From positions 19,020,625 to 19,084,624 of the forward strand of contig CM119263.1 of the NCBI GenBank assembly GCA_051294375.1: a DNA stretch of 64,000 bases. Reading direction: 5' to 3'. Shown here piece by piece: positions 27,470 to 40,052 of the stretch (the stretch's first letter is position 1; each line of letters opens with the position of its first letter). The notes under the pieces are model-generated. The model had not been told where the DNA came from. It was given only the letters and a program-made list of their open reading frames with translations, and searched no databases. A program made the translations under genes and the position numbers. The stretch is from Paraspadella gotoi (Eukaryota > Animalia > Chaetognatha).

Positions 27470-30199
27470 GCGAACAGCGGTACGTTGCGTACGTTTTCTA
27501 TTAAGTCGGTATTTCAAGGACGGCCTCGTTGTCGTCGGTTGGTCGTCTCATTCTCGTTTTGGTTGTTTGTAAAGGTTTGCTTGCATTAAATTTCGTTCGT
27601 AGTGCGCGCGATATGTGGACAAAGCCGTCCATTCTGCCTAGATCTAGAGATGTCGTCGTCCTTGTTTGTCATTGTGAAAATAGTATAAAATACTATATAT
27701 TGTTATTATATATATTATATTTATTCTTTACCGTCGTCGCCGTCGTCGTCGATACGGTTTTTGTTTTTTTACAAGCAGTTTTAGGTTTGCCAAAAGGGAG
27801 CTGCTTAGTTTTTTAGGAGAAGGGCGTTAACTCTTGCAGAATTTCTGCCTTCATTACAGCTTTGTAAGTATGTGTTACATTGTAATATATTTGAAATATT
27901 TAGAATAATAATGATAAGAGAATCTAAAAAACTAAAGAAATCCAAAAATGTTAACGAAATGCCATTCAAGAACCATTACCATCCTTATCCCCTTAGCATC
28001 CATTGCCGTCTTTCGCCCCGCTTGGCCTCCGAACGAGCCGTTGTTCGGAACGTCGGCCGTAAGCGTTACGTCGTCTCGGTTCGGCGAACTCGATCCTCGC
28101 TGCCTCGCGCCCCCTGGCTCATCTCTCTGGCAGAACCGCGTCCGACAAGACGATCTGGCCCCCATCGGCCCGGCCCATACCCGGTTAATCTCCGTTCCAC
28201 GCACCCATCTCTCATCACGGGGCACAGAACTCTTTCAGCTTTACGGTTCATCGTTTCGCTTCGCCAATCAAGCAAACGCCGATCACTTGGCTACTATTAT
28301 TTTTTCGAGAAAAAAAAATATGAATCAATTTTGGTCCACTATTAATTTTATTTTTAGGCCTATGTATAGTTTATATTATCGCTTTCAAATTTATATATTT
28401 ATATTTATGCTTTCAAATTTATTCCCACTTGCTACGGCCTAAATCGAAACCACAAGCCCGCTCTTATCAACCAGTTTTGCCTTCCATCTTTCTAATCATT
28501 TATCAATCAAATAAAAATTCCTCCAAGTACAATCTTTAAATCCTCCTCGCTTCCTTTCAGCCTCCCCCGCCTCACTTTTCACCAACTCGGCCCGGCTCAC
28601 GCCAATCGCCCTCTCTCTCCCTGCCGAAAAAAAAAACCTCGACGACCCGCCCCACTCGAACTCGTGACCCTCTGAACGGAGAGATGAGGCCGAGGTTTCT
28701 GGAAAAAAAAAAAGTCGCGTCGCTTATCTTTGCGTCGTCTTTGGGGGGTCGTCCTCTCTACGTCTCACTCTTCCTCTCTTTTGCTCTTCTTTATCACCGT
28801 CGTCGTCGTCGTCGTCGTCCGTCGTCGTCCGGTTCCACACTCCATAATTAATAGTGATCTTCACATTGTCGACATCGCGTTGGTCCGCCCTCACTGACGA
28901 GATTAACAATATCTGCCAAACTTTCATTCACGACGACGGGAAAGAGAGGAGAGTCGTCAGCTATCGTTCGTCTTTCTTCGCCGTCTCGCCGTCGCCCATT
29001 CTCTTTCTCCTTCTTCCAGTGAGTTTTATTCGATTTTTCCGAAACGTCTAACAACATTCCGCAATCCGGAGCGACGACCGCTTGGGCGACCTTGCGAGGT
29101 ATCATAAAGCAGATGCGATATGACGGCGGACTGAATCTCGGAGAATTTTTTTGGAATGCCCTCAGGCATCAATACCGTGCTGGTTATTCTCCACTTTCTC
29201 ATGTTTAGTTTTTTTTTTGTTCAGCTTCGGCCAAAAGCCTCGTTGAAAAGATTTCTTTCCCTCTCTGTCAAAAAGTGTGTGGCGGTCGTCTGTCTTCGTT
29301 GTCGTCGTCGTCGTTTGTTCGTCAATCGTTCTACATCTTTGCTTCTCTCGCACTCTTCCCTTTCAGAGGTCGCGTCAGTCTTTTGTTAGAAATCATTAGA
29401 GAGAAGAGAGGAGGAGAGAGAGATGAGAGAGAGAGAGAGAGAGAGAGAAGAGAGAGAGAGCGCTCAACGCCTTTTGACGAAATGACTGTGCAATCTCTGT
29501 TTGTTTTTCCTATCCATTTAAGAAGTTTTTTACGTCTTCGTCCATCGCGCCCAAATTTCTTTCCATCTCGAACCACCATGCACCTCCTTCCTTTTTTCTC
29601 TCCTTCTTCCTTTTCCCTTTTCACACTTGCCTCCACTCTCATTACTATCCCTCTCTCTGCCCTCTTTCGGTTCCAACCCAATCAAACATGCCGCTGTAAA
29701 AACACTGAATAGTCTCGCCCAAGAGGAAGGGAACCTTTTGCTCTCTAAAACTTAGCAACAGAGAGAAAAACCTGATCTCGTTGGAAGCCTCGCAAAAAGT
29801 TGAGGTAAAAAAGGTTGGAGAAAACTAAATGGATTGGTCAACGAATGAAGAAAGTTCCTTCGCGCGTCTATCCCACTAAATTACTATTATTTAATACAAA
29901 AATTTTAATCGTATATATACGATTTGATTTCTCAAAGTTACCCAATAACACGTTTGATCCACGATGGACATTAAGCTTTGAATCGCTGCTCCGATCGACC
30001 TTGACCTTTGACCTCGCTTATTCCTCTCATCCACGACCGTTAATTTGCACTCTGACCCTCGGACCCGCCCCTCCTTCCCGCGCGCGTTACCTTGCATTTC
30101 GAACCGCTAAAAAGTTTGACCCTTTTTTTTCGTCCCTGACCCGATGGACGACCTTCTCTTCTCTTCGTCCCTGTTGTTTTTCCGTCTTGACCCTAGAGT

Positions 30200-31177
30200 T
30201 AGAGCGTTGAAAAAAAATAACAAAATATAACAAATCAAGTGAGCGTAATAGCTATTTTAGTGTAATGTAGTCTGTAGGAATTCGATGGTGATGACCATTT
30301 TTTTGTATAATTTTATCTTTCTTGTCGAAAATAAGGGTTTTTAATGTATATAAATTATTAAAACCATTAATAAGTTATGATAAATCAAATTTATTTAAAT
30401 TTTATAAAATTTATATGAGCTTTTGAAATATAAAAATAAAGATTAAATAAAAAATATTTTGGTAAGTTTATTCTAAATTTTATGTTTAATAAAAAAGTTA
30501 GTTAACTATATTTATTAATAATTATTGAGTAAAAATTGGGCTAAAGTAAAAAATAATAATTTTCAAAATTTTTTTCATGATTTGATTCTTGGCAAAAAGT
30601 TTTGATATTAAGAAAATATAATTTTATATCAAATTTATGTCATTAAGTTGGTCAAATTTAGAAAAACTTAGTTTTAAGCCAAAATTGAAAATTAAACAAA
30701 AATAATAGTTGTTAATATTTTTAACCTACTTAATGAAAGAATTCTTTTAAAATGGATTATATTCTTATATCAACTTTTTGTAAGGAATTCCAATTCTGGT
30801 TTTAAAATTTAAAATTTTTTTATTTTTCATTTAGCTTATTTTTTATTATTATTATTAATAAATATAGCTAACAAACTATTAATAAAAATATAAAATTTAA
30901 ATAAACTTTACCAAAATATTATATGGGTCTTTATTTTTCATATTATGTAAGTTAAATATGGCTTTTAAATTGTTAATAATTTGAGTTTCTATATACTCTA
31001 CAATGTTTGCTCCATTTAAATAGCACCTTATATGCTGCAAAAATCGCCATTCGACCAAAGAAGAATAAGCTATTCAAAAAAATGGTTTCATCATCAAAAT
31101 TCTACAGAACTTTTATTACACTAAAATAGCTATGTACCTCACTTGATTTGTTATATTCGTCTATTTTTCAACGCCCT
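30200..31177. mobile_element. Non-autonomous TIR DNA transposon (hAT-like MITE), ~980 bp
   Basis: ~110 bp imperfect TIRs (tagagcgttgaaaaa..ataacaaatcaagtgag..tagctattttagtgtaat vs attacactaaaatagcta..ctcacttgatttgttat..tttttcaacgccct). Flanking direct repeat ccctagag(t) at 30191 and 31178. The empty site is visible in the mirror arm at ~8374-8383. AT-rich interior with no ORF. Confidence 0.85.
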
Positions 31178-32818
31178 CCCTAGAGTGGGTTAGGCACCTC
31201 CTCCAACGTCTTTTGTTTTGGGATGCGTCGCGAAAACGTTTCGTTCTGTATCTTCTAAAGGTCGTTTTTTGGTTATAATGAATGATTTTTTTTTAACTAT
31301 ACCTTTACTTTCTCCGAATCGGTTTATCCGTTTCGCTGTTTTTGTTAGACGTAATCCTATTTGCGAGCAGGAATGTTTTAATACTATAGGAGGATAGAAA
31401 ATATTTTTAATAATATCTCAAAGTAATTGCGATGCTCTCTTCATGGTTTAATATTAACACGAACGTTATGCACAAATGTTAGTTCAGATCGTCAGATTCA
31501 AGACACAAATTTGTTTTTTCCGTTTTATTTTTTTTCTCGTTTTCCACAACGATTGCAAAAAAAAAAAAAAAAGAAACCGTCTGACTAAAGAGAGAAGATG
31601 ATAAAGGAAAGAGAGGATGTGGCGGCGATTGAGCGGCTTGTTGGGGCGCGGCGGACTGGCGGACCTGGCGGAGTGCTGAAGTCGTCTAAAGCTGTGACGA
31701 CACGGAGGGGGCTGGCTCGAGCGGGCGGACGAGGCGCGAGAGTGGGGCTTGGATGCAACGGAATGGTGGAGCGCTGGGGGGGAAGAAGAGGTGGTAAACG
31801 GTCTGGTCGCTCTGGTGGTCCGGAGATTAAGGAGGAAAAGAAAACAAAAACAAAGGGAAACGTAAAACACGAGATGCGAATGAGGTCTGACAGACGAAGA
31901 CCGTTCGCTCTTCCTTCGGTCCCGCGGGCTCGACGGGAAAAAAATCTTACCAAACGCTATTTTTATCTCTTCCTTTGGTTAACTTTTTTCTTCTTAATAA
32001 TTACGTATTATGTTGGTAACTTTGGCGTAATGCATTTATTATAGTTATCAGTGAGGGCCAAAAACTATTCTGTTGATTTCGTCCGGGATATTGTAGAATG
32101 TGTTGTACTCGTGTGGCTTAAATATATGATTGTGATATCTCCGGCTTTCAATGATATAAAAAAAAAACCCACCTTTTTTACTTCCTTAATCTTTGTACAA
32201 ATTTCGCGCCTCCTTGAGTTGTTGTTCGTTTTGGCTGAATGTGATGGAAGTAACGATAATTGTATTCACAAAAATACGAAAAAGTCAAAACGTTTTTCTT
32301 GTTTTGAAGGGAAAACATGTAAAAAAAGTGCAGAGATTTAAAAAATAAGAGGAGAAAAATGATTTATTTGAAAAGAAAGAAATAAAGAAAAAAAGAAGAA
32401 TAAACGACGACGAAAGGAAAACAAGGAAAAAAAAGAATCAAGATTCCAACAAGCAACAGTCAGCGGGACAACCCAGCCATCCGCGCCCACCAAGCCAAGG
32501 CAAGCCGACAAGCAATCGGCGGAAATGGGAAAGGACAAAAGCCTGCGGCTTTGAAATCCTTGAATTCCGCGGCCCCCGTTGGCTTTTTATTATTCCTTTC
32601 ATCGGAATTCCTCTCTTGAAGCTCCAAAAAGAAATGGATTTTCGAAATGGAGCGAGGCGGGGGTGGAAATTGGATAACTCTGGAGGGGATTTTTTTGGGA
32701 ATGGGGGCGGGGCGATTAGTTAGGTGGATGAGCGCGTCGGGACATCGAGGAGAGGAGATCAGGATCGGATGGAGGACGAGGGGAAAACGTGGAATTTGTG
32801 ACTTTGGGAAACTGGGGG

Positions 32819-33283
32819 CACTATAAGAAGCTTAGTATGGGTGGATGACGGAATTCACAGGGCCTCGCTATCGAGCAGAACGACTACACTATAGAGCTTA
32901 GTAGGGTGGATACCGGAAATATCACAGGGCCCTCGCTATCGAGCCAGAACGACTACACTATAAGAGCTTAGTAGGTGGGATGACGGAAAATATTCACAGG
33001 GCCTCGCTATCGAGCCAGAACGACTACACTATAAAGCTTAGTAGGTGGATGACGGGGAATATCACAGGCCTCGCATACTCGAGGCAGAACGACTACACTT
33101 TATTAAGAGCTTAGTAGGGTGGATGACGGAAATATCACAGGGCCTTTGCTATCGAGCCAGAACGACTACACTATAAGGCTAGTAGGGTGCGATGACGGAA
33201 ATATACAGGGCCTCGCTATCGAGCCGAACGACTACACTCTAATAGCCTTAGTAGGGTGGGATGAGGAAATATCACAGGGCCTT
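32819..33283 (+). repeat. Minisatellite, ~69-bp unit, ~6.7 copies
   Basis: Consensus cactataagagcttagtagggtggatgacggaaatatcacagggcctcgctatcgagccagaacgacta. Units start near 32819, 32887, 32956, 33027, 33096, 33168 and 33235. Confidence 0.95.
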
Positions 33284-33467
33284 CTCTCCTCTACTTATTG
33301 CAACCAAAAAAAGTCGGATTCCAACGAAAAGTACAATATAGCGGAGAGAGAGGGCAGCATTGATGTTGCTGAAGAGGTGTTCATTGCTGCACCCGAAGAG
33401 TTTCACGGATAGAATTGTAGCAATGAGAGAACAAGAAAGACGACAATGACGTTTTTACAGACCACGT

Positions 33468-33469
33468 CC

Positions 33470-33504
<35 letters not shown>
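33468..33504. repeat. (GAC)n microsatellite
   Basis: Directly visible. Confidence 0.95.
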
Positions 33505-33894
33505 AAGGGGAATGAGAAATCTTTGCTGCCAGGAGAAAAACGAGGTCTCTCCGAGGGGGGCCCCTTTTTAGCGGGTACATCATGAAAAGGCAGGGGACAT
33601 TTTATTTTTAGAGTTCGGACTGAGGCCGAGGCGCCGAGGTGGGGATTGCGCTAAGGCCGAGGTCAGAGCGACATCTACGAGGCGTGACGACATGATAGAA
33701 AATATAGGCCACTCTGTCCGCAATGTTGATATCGTTGGAACCATTTTAAATTAGCCTATCAACGAAGTCCTTGGCGTGAACAGTTGGGTCAGCGAAAAAA
33801 ATTCAACATGCTTGGTCATTCAGAAAATTCTACGGATCAGGAAATTAAACCACCTGGGGAGTGGAAATATTTTTAAAAATATATTACCCATCCG

Positions 33895-34131
33895 TCACCT
33901 CAAATATTCAATCACTTCGTAAACCAATTCATACAGAAAATGTCATCACCCAAATATGTTATCGTCTGAGAAAATCAATCATTACCAATACTTCAAAAAC
34001 TCACTCACCAGGAAAACTCTTTAAAAATTCTATCTCTTCGAAAACTGAATCACCTAGAGAATTACATCGCCTAAAAAATTCAATCACCTCGGAAACTCAA
34101 TCACCCCGAGAATTCCATCACCTAAAGAATT
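33895..34131 (+). repeat. Degenerate ~17-bp minisatellite
   Basis: aaaactgaatcacctag / agaattacatcgcctaa / aaaattcaatcacctcg / gaaactcaatcaccccg / agaattccatcacctaa. Confidence 0.75.
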
Positions 34132-37100
34132 CCGGCAGACGTTTTGAAGGTCGACTGACGGCGACCCTTGGAAACCGAAGGAAGGCGAAGGGAAGAAAAT
34201 TGGGAGAGGAGGAGACAAGGAGGGAGGGAGGGAGGGAGGGAGGGAGAAGGGTAAGGAGGAAGGAGGGAGGAGGGTAAGGAGGAAGGAGGAAAGGAAGATG
34301 AAAGTGCGAATGAGAAACAGAGGATTAGAAGGAGGAGGAAGGGGTTGAAGAGAAAAGGAGGACCAAAGAAGATGAAGATGAAGTTGAAGAAAAAAATGAA
34401 TATATAAAATCAGAAAAGAAAAGTTAAAGAGAGAGAAAAAAAAACAAGATAGAAGACGAAGAGAAAGCGGGAAGCGTGAGATAACCTGGGGGAAAAAAAT
34501 GAGGTTGAATTTTGGTCATGTTTTGGGTTTTACATGGAATATGTTTTTATTTTCTTGTTACAGCGAAGAAAAAACTATTTCCTTTTTTTTTATCTTTCGG
34601 TAGAGTAGCAAAAAAGATGGAAAGAAAAAAAAAGTAAGTAGAAAAAACGATGAGAGAGTGAAAAAAGAAAAGTAATATCGGATAAAGAGAAAATCTGCTA
34701 AAGGAAAAAGGAAAAGGAAAAAAAAAAGTTTGTCGCGGCAGCAAAAGATAAGTTTTGACGCGTCTGAGACTTCGGTGATAATTTTATCGACGTCGTCGTG
34801 TCTCCGATGATGTTTGTGAATCCAGTCACGTAGCGAGGGCGTGGCGAACTCCGTTGTCAAGTCGAAAGCGCCCACAAACGCCGAAGAAGTGAACAAAGGC
34901 TAAAAACACAACAAACGAAACAAAAACAAAAAGGGAAGGAGACCCAGGGCCAGGCGTCTAATATAATTTTAATGAAACGGACCAACTCGGCTCACGTAGT
35001 ACATGCAATGTAAACGAATCAAATGCAGACAAATACTAAAAAGATACAAAAATACAAATACAAATGCTAAAAATACTAAAAACGATAATTATAATTATAA
35101 TTCATAATTCTTCCGAAAAAAAAAATCTCAAGCAACAAATTCGATAATGGTGAAAAATGATGGAACCAACGAAGTCTCTCTCTTACCGAGGTTCGAGTGA
35201 GAGACACCTGGTGCTGCCGGTCGGAAAAAAAGAAAGAATTCAAAGAAAGAATGAAAGTTAAAAGTTGAGAGTGGAACCAATGTCGCGCGAGGTTTTCGGG
35301 TTTCAGTTGCGGAGATCACGGCGAAACGACAAGGAGGGTTGAGAGGGTAGCGTTGGAAGAGGCCACGAGGGTGAGCAACTCGTCCCGAGGATATTGACCT
35401 CACCTTTGGCCTTAAAAGGGACTCTTGAGATCGGTCGGTCAACTCAGTCTTATGTCGTTTTCACTGTTTTTATCCTTTGCTTTCCTTTTTTACGCTTCAA
35501 TTGAAAAAGTTTTATCCAGAAAAAAAAGGTTGTATATTTTTCTACTATTATGTTGCTGCTTTTTTTGTATTCGAGCGAAAAGGTATTTCTGTGACGATAG
35601 GGGACAGCTAAACTTTGTGACAAGTTTCGCCCCAACTCGACAGTTCAGTTTCCCGCGGATGAACGACCTTGAGAGAGGGAGACGAGAAAATTAGCGTTGG
35701 AGGGAATAAAAACAAAATATTGGACGCAGATAAAAAATAGGAAACTGACTTTCGGTCAACGTTAACTAAACCTTCTGTTCTTGATATAGTTAATTTATAA
35801 TACAAGTTTTGATGGTTCTTTTTTCTTTTTTCTTTTTCCTTCCGCTTCCGGAATACTACAGGTAAGTTTATGACTCGATTTCAATTGTCGGCAACTTCTT
35901 GTCTGCCTTTTTTCTTTTTTCGTTTTCACTGATCTTTATGATGACGATTCTATCGGAGATATTATGTAAATTTATCTAAATGTTATCAGATAAACTTTAA
36001 TCCAGGCGTAAAAGCAATCGAAACGGTTCAAACTTCCCAATCAAAGTAACCAAGAAAAAATTCGTAAAATTAAATTCTTGTGTAAATTTAAAAACGAAAA
36101 TTGTCCCTAAAAAATGGGATATAATAAATAGAAAATTAAAAATAGATCCGAAATGTTTCATCGAAATGAAGGGACAAAGTTTTGTTTTTTACTCCTCCAG
36201 TTCAAATTTTCTACAAAAAAAAAAAAATCAACTATTCCATGCGTACATAAGCGCGAGAGAGCGAGTCGACGTTTTCACCTGACATTTTTTTACGGGTGTT
36301 TGGTGAGCATGGAAGAGTCGGGTCATTGGTTCCAACTCGCCTATTCGCCCCACCTTTGCTGGAAAACCGGTTCTCGTCTCTCTCTCCTCGTCTCTCTTTC
36401 TCTTTTCTCTTTTCCCCTCTCTCGTCTCTGCCTCTCTCGTCTCTCTTCTTCTCTCTTTTCCTTCTCTATCTTTTTACTTCTTTCCCTTTCGTTCTGTTCT
36501 GTCTTCACCTCTTTACTTTCTTCTTTTTGCTGACGGTTTTATTCCTTTCTTACCGATTTAAATATCTCTCCCCTTATAGCACTTCATGCTCGGATGTTCT
36601 TGTCTCACTTCTTTGCTCTTTTTCTTTATCCTCATCGCGACTCGTCTGGATGAGTACTATTATTCTTTTTTTCAAGGTATCTCTTTTTTTATTAGTGTTC
36701 TTTCTCCCATGTCCTCTTATCCCAGATTCCATCTGTCCTCATCCCTTTTTAAGATATTATCTTTATCTCCTCCTCGGTTTTTCTCCCTACCTGGAGCCGA
36801 TTCATATTATCAATCCTTCGTAACTTCCTCCCATCCCTTCTTCCCTACTCATTCTCTGTTCTCTTTTTTTCCATATTTCTTCCTTTCGTCCTCTTCCTCA
36901 TCCTCCCGATTCTCTTCTCCCTTCTTCCATCGCTTATTTCTCTTCTGCTTATCCTCCATTAGATTCTTTCAGTTTCGCCTTCTTCCCTTCTCTTCTCTTT
37001 CCTCCCTCGGCCCCCTTTGATCTCAGCCCTCTTCTCTCATTCTCCTTCTCCTCCTCCCCACCTCGCTCCCCAGTTGCCCCACTATCTCTTCGCGATTCTG

Positions 37101-38051
37101 TTGCTCAAGGAAAATCTTTCCTAAGACGATTTTCCTCGTATGAATTTCGTCGCAACACACGAGACGACGTACGACTGAGCGACGGACGACGATGACGACG
37201 ACGACGACGACGCACCCGACGACCTGTCGTCGGACGATGCGACGGAGCGACGACGGAAACGACGACGACGACGGGCCCGCCTCGTTGTTTGGAAGGGAAC
37301 AAGTGGGTGGGATGTGAGGTGCCTGGGGGCCCAAAACGAGCTTATTGAATCGGGTTGGGTGAGCCTGGAGCGAGCGGCGGAGCGACGCTGGGCACGGACA
37401 GCCCCCGGCAAAGGCTTTGGTAGAGAAAAGTTTGGAGCTCTCACAGAGTTTGTGAACATCCGCGGGGAGCGATTAATCCCAACATCAATTTCAGACATCA
37501 CCGTTAGAACCGGTGCCCACCGTAAAAAATGATAAGACTTAAAAAAAAAAAGCCCACCGCTGATGATTTAGAAAATTAAGTCAAAATATATATGCGGCAA
37601 AACAAATGGGTTTTTGTACCTTTGGGGTTTGTTTTTTTTAGCATTGAAGAGAATGATGTGTTTTTTAAATATCATTCTTAATTGAGAATTTATATAGGAT
37701 GACTACAAAAAGCCTTTTAATAATTGCATTATCATGATGACGACGACGTCAACGACAACGACGTCGACCATAAAATCAACGAACACGCCGTAAAAATTTC
37801 TAATTCAAATTTTTATCATTTTTTATTCAATACTTACAAAATAAGGAGGATGGGAAAAAGAAAATATGCGGGAAAAACTGAAAGCCTTCCCGTTTCATAA
37901 GCGAGGATCGAGCATCGAGTATCGAGCCCTGGGTCCGAAAAGAAAAGGAGAAAAATAGTGAAAAGAAAAAATGAGGTTTTTAGGCGGTCCTCACTTTGGT
38001 CGTTTTCCCTTCCCTCGTGATTCGCTCTCTTTATGTTTTGTTTCATTCTCG

Positions 38052-38083
<32 letters not shown>

Positions 38084-39410
38084 TTCTCTCTTTCTCCCCC
38101 TCCCCTATCTCTCCCTTTTAACTCCCTCCTTGCCTCATTCTTCGCCTCCTTCGTCTCTTTTCTCCCAAAATTTTCCCCCGAGCCAGGGCCCGCTTTGCAT
38201 TGACATTCTCTGAAGCAATTTTCTTTTCTATTTTAATGTGTTTTCTTTTGAAAAAAAAATATTTGCTGATTCCCGGCGTTTCTTTATCTTTTTCAATTTT
38301 TTTTTTTTTTTTTTACAAAAAAGGGAACGCGTGCTCGGATTATGTATACAATTCTTTATCTAACAAGTTTACTTTTTGTTATTTATTTTCGTTGTTTAAT
38401 TTGTCTGATAAAGTACACAGTTTTTATAGAAATCTTTGTTTGTCTATCCTCTGCATTGCAATAAATTTCGAGTCGGCAAACACTTTTTGTCTTTTTAGCT
38501 GACAGCCTTTCTCGCTTTTACTTTAGTGAACAAAGGGTAGATAACAATTTAGTCAGCGACCTTTTCGACAGTTTTGTCTGTAATAATAATGTGGATCGCG
38601 TTTATTGCGTTTTGTCTCTCGGATGTAATGACCCCCGCGTTTCGTCTCCGGGATGTAATGACCTCAGTATTTATCATCTCCTCGAGAAACACCGCTTGAA
38701 TTTCTATGGTTTGCTCGCTTTATGGGAGATGACGAAGAGTGGGATCGGCCGGCGTCGCTAACTTACCCACCTTTATGGCTTCGCTCACGAACGAGTTTAC
38801 GAAAGTCTTCACTAGTCAAAGCGTGAGTATAAAAGATACGGATTTAATGAGTAGCAAGGGCGTAGTCAAAAAATAATTAAAACAATTTTAAGTAATAAAA
38901 TATAAAAATAACAACAAATGATCGACATGAATTAAAGAAATTGTTTTACAAATCATCGTACTCCGCTGACATTTCAATTTATGACTTTTCGTAATCACAT
39001 TTTGAGAGGAGGTTCCAGATTTAATAGCGAAGCCACTGCGAATATTCCATCTCGTCGTAATTTAGACGATAACGATAATCGTCTCTATCTCTCTCTCTCT
39101 CGGTCGTCTCTCTCTTCTCTCTCCTCTCTCCCTCTCTCTCTTCTCTCATCTCATCTCTCTCTCTCTCGTTCCTCAAATCTCCACTATTATATTCTCAGAC
39201 CAAACAGAAAACCATGAAACAGAAGATCTAATCAGTGCCGCCGCCTCTGATTCGCTTCCAGCGCAACGAGTGGAATATTTCGGGGCGGGTATCCCCCCAT
39301 CGCTTTCGCTCCCCGCTCATGCACTCCTCTCTCTCTCTCTGCGGTTCGGTCCTCTCTCTCCGTCTACGTCGCTCTCCTCCTCTCGTCTCTCCGTGCAGTG
39401 GGTCTCTCTC

Positions 39411-39446
<36 letters not shown>

Positions 39447-39860
39447 AATGTTTTTAAAATTGCTGGCGGAGACCGCGATCTCGAACATAATAAAGATCCC
39501 AGAAAAAATACCAAAGCTCCAAACGTAACTTTTTAAAAGAAAGCAAATGTATTCCGTATCGAAGTCGACCTTTTAGATCTCATATTGATAATTTCTATTT
39601 ACGATGGTAAGGTTTAAAAGAAGTACACTTTATTTATATATTAGATTAATCTTCCTTGTTTGACCTCGATTTGAAAAACGATAATGAAGAATAAAATTTT
39701 CATGGGCGACTGACCAATCAGGACCGGGTTGCGCATAAACATTTCTAAAGTGAGAAAAGCCATGGATCTTGTCGAATCTCCCAACTAATTCCCTTCTGTC
39801 TACTTCCAGTCTCTCGCATTCTACCTTTCAATAATCGTTGCCTCGAATCCTCTCTTCCTC

Positions 39861-39922
39861 ACAGTCCCGCCCCACAGCCCTGCCCTACAGCCCTGCTCCA
39901 CGGCCCCACAGTCCCGCCCCAT
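39861..39922. repeat. ~13-bp GC-rich tandem repeat
   Basis: acagtcccgcccc / acagccctgccct / acagccctgctcc / acagtcccgcccc. Confidence 0.75.
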
Positions 39923-40007
39923 AGCACAACAGGCAACCTTGGCGGCGGGAAACAAACGCTTCATTTTCTAAGAATCGGCGGCGATATGACTTTGAATAAT
40001 CGCTCCT

Positions 40008-40009
<2 letters not shown>

Positions 40010-40052
<43 letters not shown>

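Larger units (their letters stand above)
6708..32818. repeat. Giant inverted duplication: left arm ~6708-20666, spacer 20667-20856 (25 N + CT tract), right arm ~20857-32818
   Basis: Anchors: 20600-20666 (gtagtacgtacgtgacaaacagtataatttgcttaatgagaaaagacgaattt) = rc of 20857-20915; CUB exons mirrored; 10.3-11.5 kb mirrored at 27.1-28.3 kb; 6708-6770 = rc of 32760-32818. Confidence 0.95.

Noticed and set aside
32819-33283. CRISPR-like array
   Set aside because: Units are head-to-tail with no unique spacers, there are no cas genes, and the context is eukaryotic.
38614-38668. Two-copy ~28-bp tandem duplication (ggatgtaatgacc)
   Set aside because: An ordinary local duplication with no further structure.
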